NCBI RefSeq assembly: GCF_004010195.1
Contig: NC_057720.1
Location: forward strand, 18,924,538-18,948,043
DNA: 23,506 nt
From: Chiloscyllium plagiosum
Taxonomy: Eukaryota
Direction: 5' to 3'
Below, piece after piece: positions 20,743-23,506 of this stretch (the first letter of the stretch is position 1; each line of letters opens with the position of its first letter). Below the pieces are notes generated by a model that did no database searches, was not told where the DNA came from, and saw only the letters and a program-made list of their open reading frames with translations. Position numbers and translations under genes: made by a program.

Positions 20743-21450
20743 TAGAGTCATAGAAATGTACAGCATGAAAACAGACCCTTCAGTCCAACTCATCCATGCC
20801 GACCAGATAATCTAACCTAATCTAGTCCCATTTGCCAGCACTTGGCCCATACCCCTCTCATTCCTTCCCATCAGATGCCTTTTAAATGCTCTAATTGTAC
20901 CAGCCTTCACCACTTCCTCTGGCAGCTCATTCCATACACGCACCACCCTCTGTGTGAAACAGTTGCCCCTTAGATCCCTTTTATATTTTTCCACTCTCAC
21001 CCTGAACCTCTGCCCTCTAGTTTTGGACTTCCTCACTCCAGGGAAAAGACTTTCTCTATTTACCCTATCCATGCCCATGGTTTTATAATACTCTATAAGG
21101 TCACCCCTCAACCTCCTACACTCCAGGGAAAACAGCCCCAGCCTATTCAGCCTCTCCCTATAGCTCAAATCCTCCAATCCTGGCAAGATCCTTGTAAATC
21201 TTTTCTGAACACTTTCAAGTTTCACAACATCCTTCCAATAGGAAGGAGACCAGAATGCAATATTCCAAAAGTGGCCTAACCAATGACCTGTATCACTGCA
21301 ACATGACCTCCCAACTACTACACTCAATTCTCTGACCAATAAAGGAAAGCATACCAAATGCCTCCTTCTCTATCCTATTGAGTTTTGAGAAGATTTGTAG
21401 TTCAGGTTGAGCTATCCTATGTACTTGCAACTCTACTTTCAAAGAACTAT
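20743..21450 (-). mobile_element. 5'-truncated CR1 LINE
   Basis: FWSPSYWKDVVKLESVQKRFTRILPGL...LGLFSLECRRLRGDLIE...WNELPEEVV; CTATGACTCT tail. Confidence 0.95.
21379..21411. other. 33-bp insertion with 9-bp target duplication inside CR1
   Basis: CTATCCTAT at 21370-21378 and 21412-21420 flanking TGAGTTTTGAGAAGATTTGTAGTTCAGGTTGAG. Confidence 0.8.
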
Positions 21451-21534
21451 TAGTCTCATAAATGGCTGCAGCTTAACTTACCAATATTCATTATTAAAAC
21501 ATTCTAGAAACCTCAATTTCATGATATACAAAAG

Positions 21535-22671
21535 GCCATAAGACAATAAAACAGAGGAGCAGAATTAAGACATTTGACCTATCGGTTCCATCATTTGATC
21601 ATGACTGATATGGTTCTCAACCCTATTTTCCTGCCTTCTCTCCACACCTTTTGATCCCTAATTGATTACTAATCAAGAACCTATCTATCTCTGCCTTAAA
21701 TAGACTCAATGAGTTGACCTCCACAGCCCTATGTGGGAATGTTTTCCACAGGTTAACCACCCTCTTGCTGAAGAAATTCCTCCTCATCTCAGTTGGAACA
21801 GGTTACCCCTTCATTCTGAGACTGTACCTTTTGGTCCCAGTCTCTCCTCCTAGTGGAAATATCCTCTCCACGTCCACTCGCTGCAGGCCTCTCCATATTC
21901 TGTAAGTTTCAATGAGATCCCCACTCATTCTTCCAAACTCCATCAAGTACCGATCCAGAGTTCTCAGCTGCTCCTCAGATGACAAACCTTTCATACCTGG
22001 GGGATCCTTCTTGTAAACCTCCTCTGGACCCCCTCTAAGGCTAGCACATCTTTCCTTTGGTACAGGGCCCAAAACTGCTCACAATATTCCAATGTAATCC
22101 AACCAGAGCCTTATACAGCCACAGCAGTACGTATCTGCTCTTGCATCCTAGCCCTCTTGAAATGAATGCTAACAATGCATTTGCCTTAATACCTACCACC
22201 TGAACCTGCCCATTAACCGTGAGAATCCTAAACGAGGACTCTCAAGTCCCTCTGTGCTTCACGTTTCTGAAGTCTTTTCCATTTAGAAAATAGTCCATGC
22301 CTTTATTCTTCCTACCAAAGTGCATAACCTCACACTTTCTCACATTGTATTCTATCTGCCACTTCTTTGCCCACTCTCCTAACCTAAGCCCCTCTGCAGC
22401 CTTCCTGTTTCCTCAACATAACCTGACCCTCCACGCAGTGGTACCCTCCCTGACTGCAGTGATTCCTGAAAGATCACCACCAATGCCTCTACCATTTCCT
22501 CAGCTATCTCCTTCAGAGATCTGCAGTGTAGTCCATCTGTTGCGGGTGATTTATCCACTTTTAGATCTTTCAGCCTCCCCAACCATTACCAACTCATCTT
22601 TGCTGCCTGACTCTCTTGAAGCTCTGGTATGCTGCTGGTGTCTTCCACTGTGAAAACTGATGTAAAGTACT
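21535..22671 (-). mobile_element. Older CR1 LINE with a large internal deletion near 22430
   Basis: LKDLKVDKSP..DGLH.R.LKEIAEE.VEALVVIFQESLQSGRVP joined directly to the post-FADD region (LQR.L); GDLIETYRI; TCTTATG tail. Confidence 0.85.
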
Positions 22672-23280
22672 ATGTATAATAAATGTTTATATTCAGAAAT
22701 AATTAACTGTAATTTGGTCTATTAAAGAAAAGGAGAACGAGGGTTTTAGCAATTTATCTCAATTTAATGTCACTACACATGAATTGCAGAAGTCTTGAAG
22801 GTTCAGCAGGCTGTGTATCCAGCATTTTAAGGAACATGTCCCATGATCCACTGGTCACTTTTGAACTCTGCTGGGAACACTTCAAATGATTTGTCTAAAT
22901 TGTTGGGGATTAAGAGATTTCAGAACATATATCGGATTTTCAAATTACAAAGTTTCTGAGGAGTGCAGGAAACATTTGTGAAAATGTAGAACTATGTGAT
23001 AACCTCAACAATCTTGGGCCAAAGTACAGGCATGGATGGAGGATTGACTGTCCAGCAAAAGGCAGAGAATAGGGATAAGGGGTCTTTTTCAGGAAAGCTG
23101 GGACCACAATTATAGTGTTACAGTGATAAATATTCAGCACGAAGACCACAATGAAAATTCCTCAGTTCTTCTTTCAAGCACTCTTTCCCAAAGGAAAATC
23201 CAATAAAATGTATAGATTATGGTAATGGCCAGAACTCATATGCCTTAACATGGAACTCCACTACACTGAACTATTTTATA

Positions 23281-23506
23281 GGTAAAAACAATGACTGCAG
23301 ATGCTGGAAACCAAATTATGGATTAGTGGTGCTGGAAGAGCACAGCAGTTCAGGCAGCATCCGAGGAGTAAAAAATCGATGTTTTGGGAAAAAGCCCTTC
23401 ATCAGGAATACAGGCAAAGAGCCTGAAAGGTGGAGAGATAAGTGAGAGGAGGGTGGAGGTGGGGAGAAAGTAGCATAGAGTACAATTGGTGAGTGGGGGA
23501 GGGGAT
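23281..23506 (-). mobile_element. PLE 3' end, cut by window edge
   Basis: Reverse complement closely matches 725-948; damaged hammerhead at 23378-23405. Confidence 0.8.

Overview
Repeat-dense vertebrate genomic DNA, very likely from an elasmobranch (shark): it carries HE1-type tRNA-derived SINEs with CR1-like tails and many CR1, Penelope-like (PLE), Rex1/Babar and Tx1 retroelement fragments. There are two assembly gaps (216-427, 6475-7016). No complete protein-coding gene is present, and almost all listed ORFs are repeat-derived or spurious. The window looks like intronic sequence of an unidentified + strand gene, with one good candidate exon (2474-2632, possible GC donor) and two weaker ones. 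Most interesting: (1) PLE terminal repeats carrying minimal hammerhead ribozyme motifs, one core-intact at 821-848 and five damaged mostly at CpG sites; (2) PLE insertions with long target duplications and a consistent 31-39 nt unpaired tail, plus a 33-bp insertion that may be tail only; (3) a decayed, intron-containing Harbinger-type Myb/SANT gene; (4) a solo LTR hit by a Tx1 and a CR1 LINE about 15 bp apart. Family assignments come from motif recognition by eye, not database searches. I found no evidence for a wholly new system; the best leads are new instances or mechanistic hints within known element classes.
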